Below, piece after piece: positions 47,601-61,200 of a stretch of DNA of 64,000 bases. The stretch covers positions 2,480,001 through 2,544,000 of the forward strand of contig NEEC01000008.1 in the NCBI GenBank assembly GCA_002189035.1, given 5' to 3'. The stretch comes from Utricularia gibba (taxonomy: Eukaryota > Plantae > Magnoliophyta). Within the stretch, counting starts at the first letter, position 1. Each line of letters starts with the position of its first letter. The notes below the pieces were generated by a model. That model ran no database searches. It was not told where the DNA came from and worked only from the letters and a program-made list of their open reading frames with translations. The position numbers were made by a program, and so were the translations under genes.

Positions 47601-48413
47601 GGTGGCAGGGAGAAGTAGAACAGAACTACGATTTTAGGGAAAGTTGTGGCTGTCAGAATTAATACATGCCTGGTTTTGTTACCTAAATCATTATCACTTG
47701 TAGTTGATTTGACCCAACCTTCTGTTCTCTGCATTCTTTGCAACTTAGAGGTTGTTTTTTGCTCCATTCAAAAACCAGCTCCATGTGCTCAGCTCACTGG
47801 GCGGGTTTGCTGGAGAAAAAATAGATGCTTTGCTACTCAAAACCCACAAAAGAACAAGCTCCTTATAATACCAGATCTTGACACAACAATGCAACTTCGT
47901 TCGATAATAGAAGGAAACATCCCATCCATCAGCTGGAACTGTGGTCCACGTTGCGCGGGTGTGGCTTCCCACGGAGAATAATTTGCTGACACAAGTTTAA
48001 GGCAGTTGGTTCAGTAGCCCATGTTCAATGTTTCCTTGTTTTACCCAACTCCATGTGCTCATCTTTCTGTCACCTTCAATTTCGGCCCCTGGACTTATCT
48101 GCAGACACTTGAAACTGTGCATTCAATGGGGTTTCATCCCAGTTAAACACACACATCCCGATGGTGTCTGCATTCTGAACCCTGACTCACGCCGGGTCAC
48201 CTTGCCTTTGTATGTATAGCAATTTTGTGAACACAAGAATGTGATGTAGTACCATAAGAGTTGGAAGTAGTCGTACAAATGTTTCATCAAACACAGCTCT
48301 AAAGATGTCAGAGGAGAAGCAAAATACAGTAACTGATGTCCATAAGCTTCAAAATGTCTTCTGTGGCTATGGTTAGTGTTGCTGGATGAATTGACTATGA
48401 AGGCACAGAGGTT

Positions 48414-50497
48414 TCAGTTGGATTTCATCTCAATGTCAGATGCCTCCCTTGATCCACCATCAAAATTGTCTTGAGGAAGGAGGTGCAGAAGCGGCAATGG
48501 CAACAGAGAACTCAGATTGCAGAGAATTATGAGCAGAGCTAGATGCTGAAATTTGTCTTTTGTGACACCAAGGACCTTGGTTAGTCCAGCTCCCATCAAG
48601 CCGCCTACTACACTCCCACCGTTCGATATAGACATCAACGTTGCAAAAAGCGTCGCCTCCATACCCTCAGGGCAGAGTTTTGCAGCAAGTACAAGAACAG
48701 GCATGAACGAGACCTGATAGAGAAGCCCATTTCATTAGAAAGGGGAACAAGCTAATAAAATAGGAATGATGGAAAGAGGAGGATGGATACCTGTGCAAGA
48801 ACAGTTATTATCAAGGAGTCACCCATGGCAAACCACTCGTCGTTTATACCCAATGCTCGATTCAGTCTAGAGACAAGCACAACCTGAGAGATCATACACA
48901 ACCCGGTTGAGGGAAATCATGCTTAGGAAGGTTGAAAGGAATCAGGAATCAAAGGAGCATGATACCATACTTGAGTCATCCCAAGAGCAGAACCAAGTAT
49001 AGTAGTTACGAGAAATATCCTTCTTAAAGGGACAGCTTTCAAGAAACCGTTGTAAATTCCAACACCAACAAGAGATGCAATTGAGGTGACAAGCTTCACT
49101 CGTCCCAAAAACTCAGGAGTGAAACCAAGCATATTTGTGCTGGAAAGTAAGTAAACTCGAGATTCGGAAGTAGAAAAGAAATGGAATCATAATGGTGACC
49201 AGAAAGGAACGTACGTGAAATAAAACATGGCAGATTCTGAGTGTGGCGTTGCTTGCCAAAGGAAAATGAACAGTGAGGGAAGGAAGACATTGGGTTCCTT
49301 CAAAGCAATCCACAACTGTCTCATACTATCTTTCGAGGTTGTTTTATAGCTATTAGTCTCCAATAACATGTTTGTTCCACTGCGTGAGTGAGTAACTCGC
49401 TGCTCCTTCACAAGGAATGCCACTGCAGATGTTAACAGGGGAAGCATTGCAGTTAACCCGAAGACGTACCTGCATGTTATCATAGTTAATGAATTCCTTC
49501 AGTGAAGTAGAAATTTTAGGAATATGCAGTATACCTCACTCCATAGGTATCCACCAAGGAGCCGCTGAAGTAAGAACTTACAATACCCCCAAAAGCAGAC
49601 GAGCCCCAGCATAAGGACTGTAAAGATCCTGACACACTTTGCGACTCACCACGGGCCCTCTCAACAACCATCGAATCCACAACCTATAGAACACAAGGAG
49701 ATGCACACGTATAAAAAGAGAACATGTGGTGTAGCGAACACCGGTATTCATACAACTAACCAAGGCAAAAAGAGTTTGCAGAAATGTTTGAAATCATTAT
49801 GCAAATACCCATATTCAAAGGCAAAAGCAATAATGACTCACCACATCAGAAAATGCCACAGAAAGAGATCCAATAAATATGCAAAAGGCTACTCCATATT
49901 TACTGTTGACAAAAGCTGCCATCAAACTCCAGGAGAAGGCACCTAAGAGCCCTGATAAAACTAAGTAGGACCGCCGCCGATATCCAAAAAGTGGTAAAGA
50001 ATCACTAGAAAAAAAAAAAGGCGTGACAAGCAGTTTAGAAACAATTACAAAGAGGAATAATCATGGAAATTTGGCACACCTGATGAAGCCATAGAGAGGT
50101 TTCACCAACCATGGCAAAGATGATACACCAGAAATGACAGCTGTCTAGTCAGTCAAGTGAACATGTGAGTCCTTACTCCAAAACAAACGAAATAGTTAAA
50201 TAACGAGTTTAATTTCCCTAACAACCTCTGATGATCCAATTTAGAATGCAACAGACGGAAAGAGGAATAGTACCTCGGCAGGGTCAAGATGCAGATCATC
50301 TTTCAAGTAGAAATTTACAGCAAGCCTAGACAGACCCAATACACCCTGCACAAAATACACCATTGCCACAGCAATGTTGTCAGGAGATAACTCCACTCCA
50401 AAGAAAGTAGATTTCATTGAATTTCTTCTCCTCCGCATCAGTTTTTTAATGAATGAAGCGCTATCAATCGTGATGGTCGTGAAAGAAACACTGCTCC
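48414..50497 (-). CDS. FBT1: Folate-biopterin transporter (BT1 family), FBT1/At2g32040-like; 5' end unresolved
   Basis: [73 protein letters not shown] and [16 protein letters not shown], ending DIEMKSN. Eight exons join in frame. Upstream exon-like segments (51544-51451, 51347-51235) do not give an open frame. Confidence 0.9.
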
Positions 50498-52175
50498 CTA
50501 CACCACAATGATCAAAATAAGTGTCAGATACCAAGAATCTCATTTTTTTCCTTCAACAGTATAACTTAGCCAGACCCAAGTCCCATATGAGAGAACGCAT
50601 TGGTAAAAAAATTGGAGCAACGAAAGCAAGAAACCCGTCTTCCATGTCTATGAAGCATTGCAAAGAAATTCCAGTCAGAGTAATTTCTTTTTATTTGATT
50701 TTGATGCATAATTTTGTATTTGTCATCATTTATCTTCTTAAACGAATGTGATTAACAACCATTATCGATGTTCATCATCTAACATATTCACTATTAATTG
50801 ATTCTAATTCACTGAATTCATACTTAATACTATTTGAATTATTATCATTTTTTGGGGTTCTTAATCTTTCCCCTCACGAGGTTTCATTCTCAGAACTCAT
50901 CTACACAGATAAAAGAATTTCCTATGCAATATACTTTGCTACTAAATCGTAAGGATTCAAAAACAGATTTGCCACAAAGTAACACCAGAAAAATTGTCGA
51001 CACTGCAGAAATCTGGAATCCAGCCAACCATAACTTTCTTGCCAGATTTTCCATTCAAAATGCCCAAAACCCAGGTGAAACTAGACATTAAAATGAAACA
51101 TTTTGCCAGAACAAATCTCAAAATTATTAAGAAACCAAACGCAGTAAAATTTTACGTTTTCATAACAGCAAGACATTGCAGAAACCATTTGAAGTAGAAC
51201 TTTTAATCTTTTCTGAAACAATTATCCCGTTTACCTGAGTTTCGTTCATTCTTCCCCTTTCTTCATCATTCCTTGGCCCTCAAAATTCGTCCCTGCTTAA
51301 ATCCCATTGCCAATCCATTCATCTGCTCATCGAAGACACCCTGATTCCTAAAAAAAATCACATTTTTTACCGCGTTTCTTGGTCATATAGATTGTATGCA
51401 AGTCGTCATCGGAAAACTACTCTTAACAAGTGTTCAACACTAATCCTTACCCCACTTTATGGCATCCAGGCAGGGATCTTTCCTCCAAGCTCTCTCTTGA
51501 GCGCTGTAGTCTGAAGGAAGACTTTCAATCTCTCTTCCGTACATTAAAAAACGGGCTTCTAGTTGCTTTTTTGTTGTGTTTAATTTTATTATTTTCACCT
51601 TAACCAATTGAAGAACAATTATGTCAATCTTAAAAAAAAGAAAAAAGAAAAAAGAAAAAAGAAGTAAATTTGAATTACCCTAAAAAAAAAAGAAGTATAA
51701 TACAATCATAATTTATTTATACCTGAATTTTGATTTATCCTTAAATTTTAAATTCATTATTTCAAGAAACATTTGTTTTAAAAAAACAAAAGATATAAAT
51801 CATAATCAAATTACTCAACACACAAATTGATCATACCATCCATTTACGATTTTTTAACTATTTAAAATACTAGTGAATAAATTGTAATAAGGTCAACGCT
51901 TAGCTGACATTACATGGCACAATGTGATACCTACAAATTAAGGATCGCCCTCGTGCCTACAAATTTGATGCCTTCCAACAAAAGGCTCCAGAGTTAGCTT
52001 AGCGCTGCCCCAAGGCTACCAACTGAATCAATGTGCTGCCGCCTCACGATTGAACCAGACACCTCACCTTTGGCTATGATACAACGGGATGTATATGCAG
52101 ATGTTGCTTCCTTCACTGGCATGCTGCTGCTACATGGTAGTGTACAAGGAATCATTCAAGCTTCCCCTTTTTGCT

Positions 52176-55169
52176 TCAGGCAAAGTTGATGGATTTTCGC
52201 CTTTTCTTGCCCTCAGGGGTGAATCCACCGCTGCCTGATTTACCACCCTTTCCTCGGAACCTCAATGTCATTGATGATGATCGTTGAGGAGATGATTTCC
52301 GGGGAGGGTGTTTGTTCACTGGGGAAGATTCCAAGCGCTTTTTAGGCACTGGCACCCCTTTCTCACTTGTGTTGCTGCCAACCAGACGAACATAAAATGG
52401 ATTCGCAGTTGAGTGGCATGATGATGCAACTGCGCTGGTTCTTACAAAATCAACATCTCCACCGTTGACCTGAAATTAGTGGAATAATGCATACAAAATT
52501 GGTTCATGCCAGAGTGTGCTCGCAGGTCTCATACACATAAATGGTGTGCCAGCTCGTTAAGAAGTGTTTTTTCCTTGGGAGTGTAGAAGATTACCAATTG
52601 CAGGATAGCGGAAAAAGTCCTTGCCACATCGTACTTTGTCCGGCCCTTGACTACATCTGCAAACGACATAGACTTTTCGGCATCTCCTTCCTCGGACAGC
52701 TTATCCAGAACAGTTTCACCATATTTATGGATGTCGAATGGTGATCGTGCATCCTGCCATTGGCAGTTATCATGTCAAAGCAGAAACTTTTGGAGGTTTA
52801 AACCTGAAGTAACTCACTTGTTCCTCCAATGTCTCCTCAATTCTTTGTTTCCAATTGGAAACCTTGACAGATAATTCCGACTGCATCATATTTTCATCAA
52901 GGGTTGCTAGAAGAGCATCCTACAAAAAGATGTCAGACGAACATGACATTGACTCAAAGGAAGAGTATTTAAAGTTCTCTCTATGTTCTCACCAAGTGGG
53001 AACGGCACAAATCTTCAAGGCTGATCTCAATTTCTGGATCTTTATTCTGCACAACACAGAACTAAAAGGGTAACCATAAAGTTTCACAATTTTAAGGAGA
53101 TTAATACAAGAAAATATGCATACAGTGCCTTCGTGCCGAGGTGCATCCCCATCGCTGCATGCATTACTATGAAAATCAACATCAGGTGGTCCCACTTCTT
53201 GATCGTCCTCACAATATTCCTCATCCTCCATGATGTTTTCACGACTATAAGATGCAATGTTTACTTTTGACCCCTCATATACTAATGATTGTCGCAGCTG
53301 CAAATCACGGGTTAAATTCAAGAAAGAGAAATAATATGGAAAAACTTGGTATGCAAAAATAGCAACCTTTTCGTACAATGGAAGAGGCTGAGATATTCCC
53401 CCTGCTTTTGAAACTGCTTGCCTTGCTTCGAATGCTTCAGCCAAACTTGAGTTAATACAGCCATGGATTTTTGCCAGGGGAAACTCTGCCGTCAAAGGAT
53501 GATGCTTCCTAGAATCACGCCTTCCTTTAGCTTTCACTGCATAGAAATCGATCAGAAAAGATTCGCAAAATACTGGAATAGTGAGATGAAATAGACCAGG
53601 AGAACCTTTTTTATACGGCTTTACTTTTAAAGTCCCTGGCTCGTGGGGATTTAGAGGTTTCCATGGATCATCATCCTCATCAGAATCCTTATTTCCAGAT
53701 TCTAAATGTTGATAATTATTTTCATATTCTCCATTTTTATTACCGTGAGATAGATCTGCTTCAAAACATCTCATATCATCATCACTTGACTCATGCCCGA
53801 GATCATCACAATGTGATTGAGTTGCATAAGCATCCTGCTTCTTTTTAATAGAAAACTTAACTGGAGTGTTGATGGTATGCCTGCTTGGTGAATGGAAGCT
53901 TTTCTGGTCTTTGAAGACCATTGAACTTCTCCAACTAATATTAGTGTTACCCTTTCCAGAACATTCAAGAATACTGTCGACTGCAACAGCATCCATAGGA
54001 TCCAGAAGAATGAAATCTCGGTAAACACTACTGGTGGCTAACTGCAGCGTTGAAAACAATTTACATTATTTCATAACAGCCATAACCACAGGATGGGGTG
54101 GGGGAACTTATTTACCAGATAGGATTCCAATTCCTCAGAATCGGCACCAATATCCATGCATTCACCTTCAAGCATAGCTAGATTAGCAGGGGCCTTGAAT
54201 AGATATTTGGGTGTAGCATCCCTAGAGATGGTACAATCGAGCATATTTTCAGGGTCCACTGCAACATGAGTTGACGAAATTTAATGTCATACACGAACGC
54301 AAAAAAGCAAGGAATGTGGATATATACTTACCAGAAAAATCATCAAAAACGAAAAATAAATCAGCAACATCATCCTTTGAAGACTGTGTATTTGCATTTT
54401 GTTGAGTAGTTTCACCAGAGACCTGGTCCTCTCGACTGCGGCGGAGAAAAGCCAATTAAAACTTTTTCCAAAATCACACTTTAAAGGACAAAATATTAAA
54501 GTCCAGTCCACATGAATGACTTCAGCGGTCCTCATCTGTTGGTCCTTATATGGACATCTCTATGAACGTTCATATCGTAGAACATATATATATATATTAT
54601 TACACTTCCACGCATTACTAACACCATCACCCTCTCAAAGATAGTACCCTCAACGCTACAAAGGAAAGTAACAATGAGTTGCAAACCTCTGACATCGATA
54701 AATTAAGCCATTTTGTGACTACTTTATTATGAGTTGCTGCACAGTGTAATTATGAACCAAGATGGGATGGTAATCAGAGATCTTCAAACCTTTTCTCGGA
54801 AATGAAATCCAACGCTTGAAGTACCAATGAATACAAATACTCCACCTTTCTACCATACACCTGCACAGACCCCTGAAGCAGCAATGCAGCTACATGTTCC
54901 AGCCAACAAAAAAACAGACTTCACGAATTTACTCAGTAAAAAGGAAAAGGAAAGAAATAAATAAAAAAAACGTTATCACCTTCAGCAAAATTAACAGTGA
55001 ATATCTCAGCATCCTCAATGGAAATGTGTCCCGAGCACACGTTTAGCAAATACTCGTCCAAATTCTTGCCCAAATCAACTGCCCAGTTGGATTTTAGGTC
55101 ACGAGCAGGCTGCACGGATTGAAGGATTCTTCCAGGTGAAGATTCGATATTTCCGTTCCCGCTATTCAT
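52176..55169 (-). CDS. CAP-H2: Condensin-2 complex subunit H2 (kleisin beta)
   Basis: N-terminal [23 protein letters not shown] and [29 protein letters not shown]-terminal [34 protein letters not shown] and [16 protein letters not shown]. The stop TGA is at 52176. Confidence 0.93.
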
Positions 55170-55848
55170 CCCGCGCGCATCTGCTAGCAGTTGACGTCAT
55201 TGATAATCATAGCACCGAGGCCGACCACGGAACACGGCGAAAACAAGATGCTCCGCTAGCCTAGCGCGAGCAAACTGTGCGTGAGAGAGAGTGAGACGAG
55301 TGCGCGTGGTTTCAGAATTTCCCGCTCTGCACATGGCTTGAACCAGACAGACGGGGTTTTGAAAGTTCAGGATTTCCTGCTCGAGACATGGGCTTCAATT
55401 AGGGTTATTGGGCCAGGCCTGCTGAAAAATGAAAGTCCTAAATTATATGGGCCTACTTAAATACGATTTAGTAATTTTTATAAAAAAAATTAAAATTTTT
55501 AGAAATATTAAATTTAAATAAAAATATTATATTTTATACTTTTTATATGATTTAATTAATTATAAAAATAATTCATTCAAAATTATGGATTAAACTTAAT
55601 TTTGCGATATGATTTGTCAGTTTTGACACGTGTGGAGATCTATTTTTAGTCTGGACTCATGACTTTTGTAGGGGTATTTGCGTCCATGGACTGTGCATTA
55701 CCAACGTTGGCGTGGCTGCGTTGTTTCATCCAATGAGATTTTGCCACGTCGGTCTGCGGAAACGACATCGTATCGACGTTGGTGGCTCTCCATTTTTTTT
55801 TCCTTATCGACCGGGATCGGAAATCAGATTTTGTGTTGCGACTGCAAG
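55170..55848. promoter_or_regulatory. Bidirectional promoter between CAP-H2 and p24beta3 with a canonical E2F site
   Basis: Head-to-head genes about 680 bp apart. TTTCCCGC at 55318-55325, site II motifs TGGGCC at about 55409 and 55448, and TTTGAA at 55358. Confidence 0.6.
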
Positions 55849-57587
55849 ATGGTGTCTGGTCAGCGCTGGGGCTATGCATCTCCCGCCTGCTTCTTGGTTT
55901 GGCTCATTTTCGTGAGGTCGATTACCAGCGTATCGGCCCTCTCAGTGACGGTGAACAACGAGGAGTGCGTGTATGAGTACGTGCTGTATGACGGCGACAC
56001 TGTCTCAGGGAACTTTGTTGTCGTAGATCATGAAATCTTCTGGGGCTCCAATCACCCAGGAATTGACTTCACTGTAATGCCTCTCCTTCTCTATTTCTCT
56101 GTTAGTTTTTTTTTATTTTATCGTTTATTAGAGAACTCCCAGGCCATCTTGGCTGTTGATGAGTTTTTTTTTCGGGAAACTATCTTTTTGTTTATTTTTC
56201 CGGTTTGGCAGTGTTATTTTCGATGAACCTGAACTTGGATTGCGCGGATTTTGTCTTAGTTTTGTGAATTTCAATTCTCTATCAGTTGCAGTGTGGTTTT
56301 TATCCATGAATAATGTTTTCCATAAGTAGGCAACCTTGTTATGTGTTCTAAAAGCTCAAGTCATTTGCTTTTGGTCAGCCCCATGTAGCTCACGTTTCAT
56401 TATTGATTTATGGTTTGTTTTCGATCTAATCCGCTATCCCTGGACTGGTTCTTATCTCATATTACTTATGTCATGTACTCGTGAGAGGGCTCATAAGTTA
56501 CTTCTTCTTAATTCTGTACACTCTGCACTTGGTTCTTATCTCATATTACTCACAGCTTCTATTAGTGACACAGCTGTTGCCTGCATTACTAGTGTAGTAT
56601 GGAAAAAAGGTTGGACCACCCCCCCCCCCTCCCTGTAGTTTTGATTTTTGAAGTTGAAGACTTCTTTACTTTCTTGAAGGTGATATATTTCACTCAGCTT
56701 ATTGTTTTCTGTGCCATGTGTTGAGTGGAGCTTAATTCCAACGAAGGGATTAAGTGGTATGAATTATAGTTGAAATATATCTTATCTTGCTGATTTTTGC
56801 TCTCGGAATAGGTCACTTCTCCTGCTGGTAATGCTGTGCACACGCTGAAAGGAACGTCTGGAGACAAATTTGAGTTCAAGGCTCCTCGAAGTGGAATGTA
56901 TAAATTTTGCTTTCACAATCCTTATTCTACTCCTGAAACAGTTTCGTTCTATATCCATGTTGGCCACATTCCCAGTGAACATGATCTTGCCAAGGATGGT
57001 TAGTTCGTCGTTTATACCTTTTTTTATCAGTAATCGTTTATACCTTTTTATTCTACTTTGCATAGGCCTCCTTCAAAATGAGATTCATTTTACTCGTTTT
57101 TTTTTCTTTTGTCCCCGGTTTTCCAATTTCAGAGCATTTGGACCCTATTAACGTGAAGATTGCTAAACTTAGAGAAGCACTTGAATCTGTTATCTCTGAG
57201 CAAAAGTACTTGAAAGCACGTGATGAGCGCCACCGCCGCAGTATGAACCTTGTTTGTTTATTCTCATTTCTCAATGCTTTTTGGAGTTGAAAAAAATATA
57301 TATATTAGAACGATCTTAATTTGTCGGTAGATTGATACTGGAGAATATATTCAACGCGGTCGCTGTGGTTACTGCTGCCCCATAGGACTTGCCCTTCATA
57401 TTTTATCCTGCACATTGACATGAATATTTGACACCTCAAATCTCTTCCTGCAGCAAATGAAAGCACTGCAAGCCGTGTGATTGGTTACTCTGTGGTCGAA
57501 TATGTGTTACTTGCGGGCGTAAGCACCCTGCAGGCATTCTATATTCGCCATTTGTTCAGCAAGTCGGTTGCTTATAACCGTGTTTGA
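55849..57587 (+). CDS. p24beta3: p24/TMED cargo receptor, p24beta3 type; exons 55849-56073, 56812-56998, 57133-57240, 57454-57587
   Basis: Signal peptide, then the GOLD domain LSVTVNNEECVYE...GNFVVVDHEIFWGS...YKFCFHNP, coiled coil EHLDPINVKIAKLREALE, a TM segment and the tail FSKSVAYNRV. Confidence 0.94.
56446..56550. repeat. 21-nt exact direct repeat in p24 intron 1
   Basis: TGGTTCTTATCTCATATTACT at 56446-56466 and 56530-56550. Confidence 0.9.
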
Positions 57588-58252
57588 AAAGAAAAAAAGA
57601 AAACAGCATACGGAAGATTGGATGGATGTTGTTTATCTCTCGTTCTCAGAAGCATGAGGGGTGAGAACATACAGCCCCACAATGCAGAAACAATGAATAG
57701 GTAAACATGCTATCCCTTTTCTAGTCTTTTTTTTTATTGTCCCATAGGACTCGCTACAGCTAAACATATTTTGATGTATTGGTAGTCAAGATTGTCAAAC
57801 CCAATAACCGTCTGGTTTCCAATGTGAGTATTGATTCTAGCTTTCATTGATGTATGGTTGTATAGCTTCCTCTTAAGAACCAATATGGATCACCAGAGTT
57901 ATGGTTGAGAATGATTACCAAGAGATTTTAAAATTAAAACTGTTCCTTGTGTAGTAAAAAAAAAAATTAGATACAGTTTCTATTTGGAATTTTTCTTGAG
58001 TTTGCTTTCACGGCCTCTACCTTTGAAATTTCAATTCTTTTTGGAAGGGAAATTTCCTACAATTCTACATAACGGTTAAAAAAGGGCTCCAAATTTTGGG
58101 TTGATTGATAACAGCCGTTACTGAACTTGTGCACATGGTTTGAAAACCTTCTACAACTGCTACTGATCGATGATATTATACACGGCGAAAGCGCTACAAG
58201 AGCCTGAAAAAGCTAAGCTCTAGCGTCCAGATCTCAGTCCCAGAGTCTGACT

Positions 58253-61200
58253 TCAGCAGTAAAACATCACCCTCTTCACATTCTCCTTAAGGGCCAGAAG
58301 TGGCCGCACAGTCGACCCACGTCGAGCCTTATCGCCATTGTTGCAGCTACCTTCCTGATGAGCATCTGGTTCCATGTAGAAACGGGCACGAAATGCAGCC
58401 AGATGAGCATAGTAAGCAGGCGGAACTGCATCAGATGACAAGGGAATGAATGAGCACATTTTTAATCATAGGCAGTGAGTGGCATTAGCTGATTTCTTTT
58501 ACCAACTGAGACAGAGCGGGTGCATCTTGCATATGTGTAGCAGAGATTGTTCGTCAATGACTGAATCCCATCTGCAGTGAAATTGTTCTCATCCCACAGC
58601 ACATGGTAATGCGCCGGCCGGCTTGTTCCCTGTGACGGAAAATGAATGAGTGGCTCAATGACAAAAAACTAGTGTTTGGATGGAGAGGAATGGGACCTGA
58701 ATTCCAGCATGACTGCAGAGGTAGAAGTCGAATTCTGTGGGGTGGCAGATTTTTGTATCCACCACGGTGCCTAAAGGATGGATATCATCAGTCAGTGAAC
58801 AGGAACGAGACACTGTGTCCACAGCTCTATAAGGAATGTTAGAGATCAAGAATAATCACCGGGCAGAATGTTGCCACTCTTGTCCATGCTGTTTCTGTCA
58901 CGGTGATTGTTGGAGAACAGCCGGGTGTGATGCCGTTTCTGAACCACGATAAAGGTTACTGGAGGTTGGTAATTTGGCTCCAATGAGGCACAAGCCTGAA
59001 ATGAAAAGAAGCTTCTTTTCAACATGAGAAAATTTCATCAAGTTTACAGAGAGGAATGCATGCCTTTCTGATAGCATCAAGTTCAAACAAAAGAACTTGA
59101 TAGAATTGCCCTTCACTCACACCGTCCCTGCAAATTGCATCCAATTGCACGGCCATCATGAATCAACTCGCTAAGGCTGTACATTGAAAAGGTAATGGAG
59201 TCAAGAATGAAACTGAACCGGTAAAATATGATCCTCTGGGGCTTTTGCCCTGTGGCTTTTCTGAAGGAGACGAGGAGATCTCTGCAACAACAACCAGCAA
59301 ATTGAAGCATGAAACAATTTCATAGGCAAAAGATAGATTGTGTAAAAAACCTTTAATAGAAGAAAAAACACTTCTGTACGTGCAAGAGAAAAAATCTGAA
59401 ACCTGATCATGCCTCCACAAACAGTGCCACGCACAGGATCATGCCAAGTCTTGAAGAGATCTTGTATTAATTCCTGCCTCTGGGCTTGAGCACAGACTAA
59501 ACCAGCATACTTTGTAATCTCGGGCCAATCCTGAGAAGCCACAACCTACAGGTACAACTTTCATTTTAGCAGTATAGAATGAAAAACATGACCATAAAGT
59601 GGCAGATTTAGTGAGAAATTCTACAGCAGCAATTGATGGACTTGACTCTTCACCGTTCTCAGGGTGCGTTACATCCGCCCCAAATATGATCGTTGGTATG
59701 TCACTAACAAGTGGTATTTTGCAGCTTATAGCATCCAGAAGGACCGTGTTTCTGCCTCCCATCTGTGTAGAAAAAAATACTTTAAACGAGAAAGGATTGA
59801 CAAACCAAAAGCTTTATCTCGTATGATCAAGTACATTTTCCTACCTTCACGTTTATTTTCAAAGATACATTTGCCAAATACTGCTTGTTAATCTTAAAGA
59901 CATGTTTCGTGAGGCAGCACTGGGATACCAAACCTAGCTCGGTTTCGCATATTCTTTTCAGATCACCTACAGGAAACAAAGGAGTTTAATCCTTCAAATA
60001 AGCACATGCATTCATCAAATTAACTTTTCCATGACGTACCATAAAGGGAGCCATTGTTGTCCGGCAAAATGGCCAGAAGTAGCTCTAGTTCTTTCCCCTT
60101 GAGTTTCTTCGTGCATGAGTGATATACATGCTTCAAAGCTTTCTCCACCTGATCTGGGCGAGCAGTGTAGATTGGAATCACAGGGTCAGGGCTAAATTCC
60201 TGTGTGATAGAATTTGATTAGATCAAGTAGGACAAATAAACATAAGATTACAAGGAACAAGATAAGATTTTACCATGCCAGAGACTTGACACATCTGAGC
60301 AAGCTCACTACAAAACCCCCGGGCCACACTTTCTTGAACACTTCTCGAAAAGTTTATACAAGCCCAGCGGTTAACAGTCATTCCATTAATCATTTTCTGT
60401 AAATAAAAAGGCAGGCTTAATCATTTAAAGAGATGTTAACCAAGAAAAAGAATTGCCAGGAGTCAAGACAGATGTTTTACAAATTGACTTGCAGTATTTG
60501 AAAAACCACATTACGAAGTTACTCAATGATATAGTTCTTCAATGAATCACTCGTGTATTGTATACATGCAGATGGATTGTAGAGAATTTTTAGATGAGTG
60601 ACCTTATTCATCATGTTCCACTGTCCAACTTGAGGCAAGCAGTCTTTTTCTCTTCCAGTTTCGTGATACTTTAGCTGCACATAAATTCACAAGAAACACC
60701 CTCAGAGAATAAATTTGCTTGATGGGGAAAGAAAAAAGACAAAAAAAAGTTTTATATGTTACCCAGGGAGCTGGAAGAACTCTTGCTTCCACACAAGTCA
60801 TTTTCTCACTAATTTTTATGCCAAATTCCTTTGCATAGGGATCGTGCTCATAAGCACTTTTTTGAACTGTCTGTGTCCAGAGAGGGTATACGAAGATGAA
60901 TACACAAAAAAAAAACCAACTTCAGAAAAAGCATTTCAGCATATGAAGAAAGTAAAACCTGAACAATATCATTTTCACGATCCCTTGGTCGCTGGCATGT
61001 AACCTTAAGAAGGGCTGTAATTTGTTTCTCACTCAAACGTTTCGTGTAGCGCTGCCCCTCGACGATTTTACAGGCCTGAAACAGAAAGAGTTACTGAGAT
61101 TTCATAGTGAAAATGAACCTTTGGAAACAGAAGGTTCGATGGCAACCTCCATAGGCAAATAGTTAGCCTTCTTCTGGTTTCCAACTTGAAGACAGGGGAG

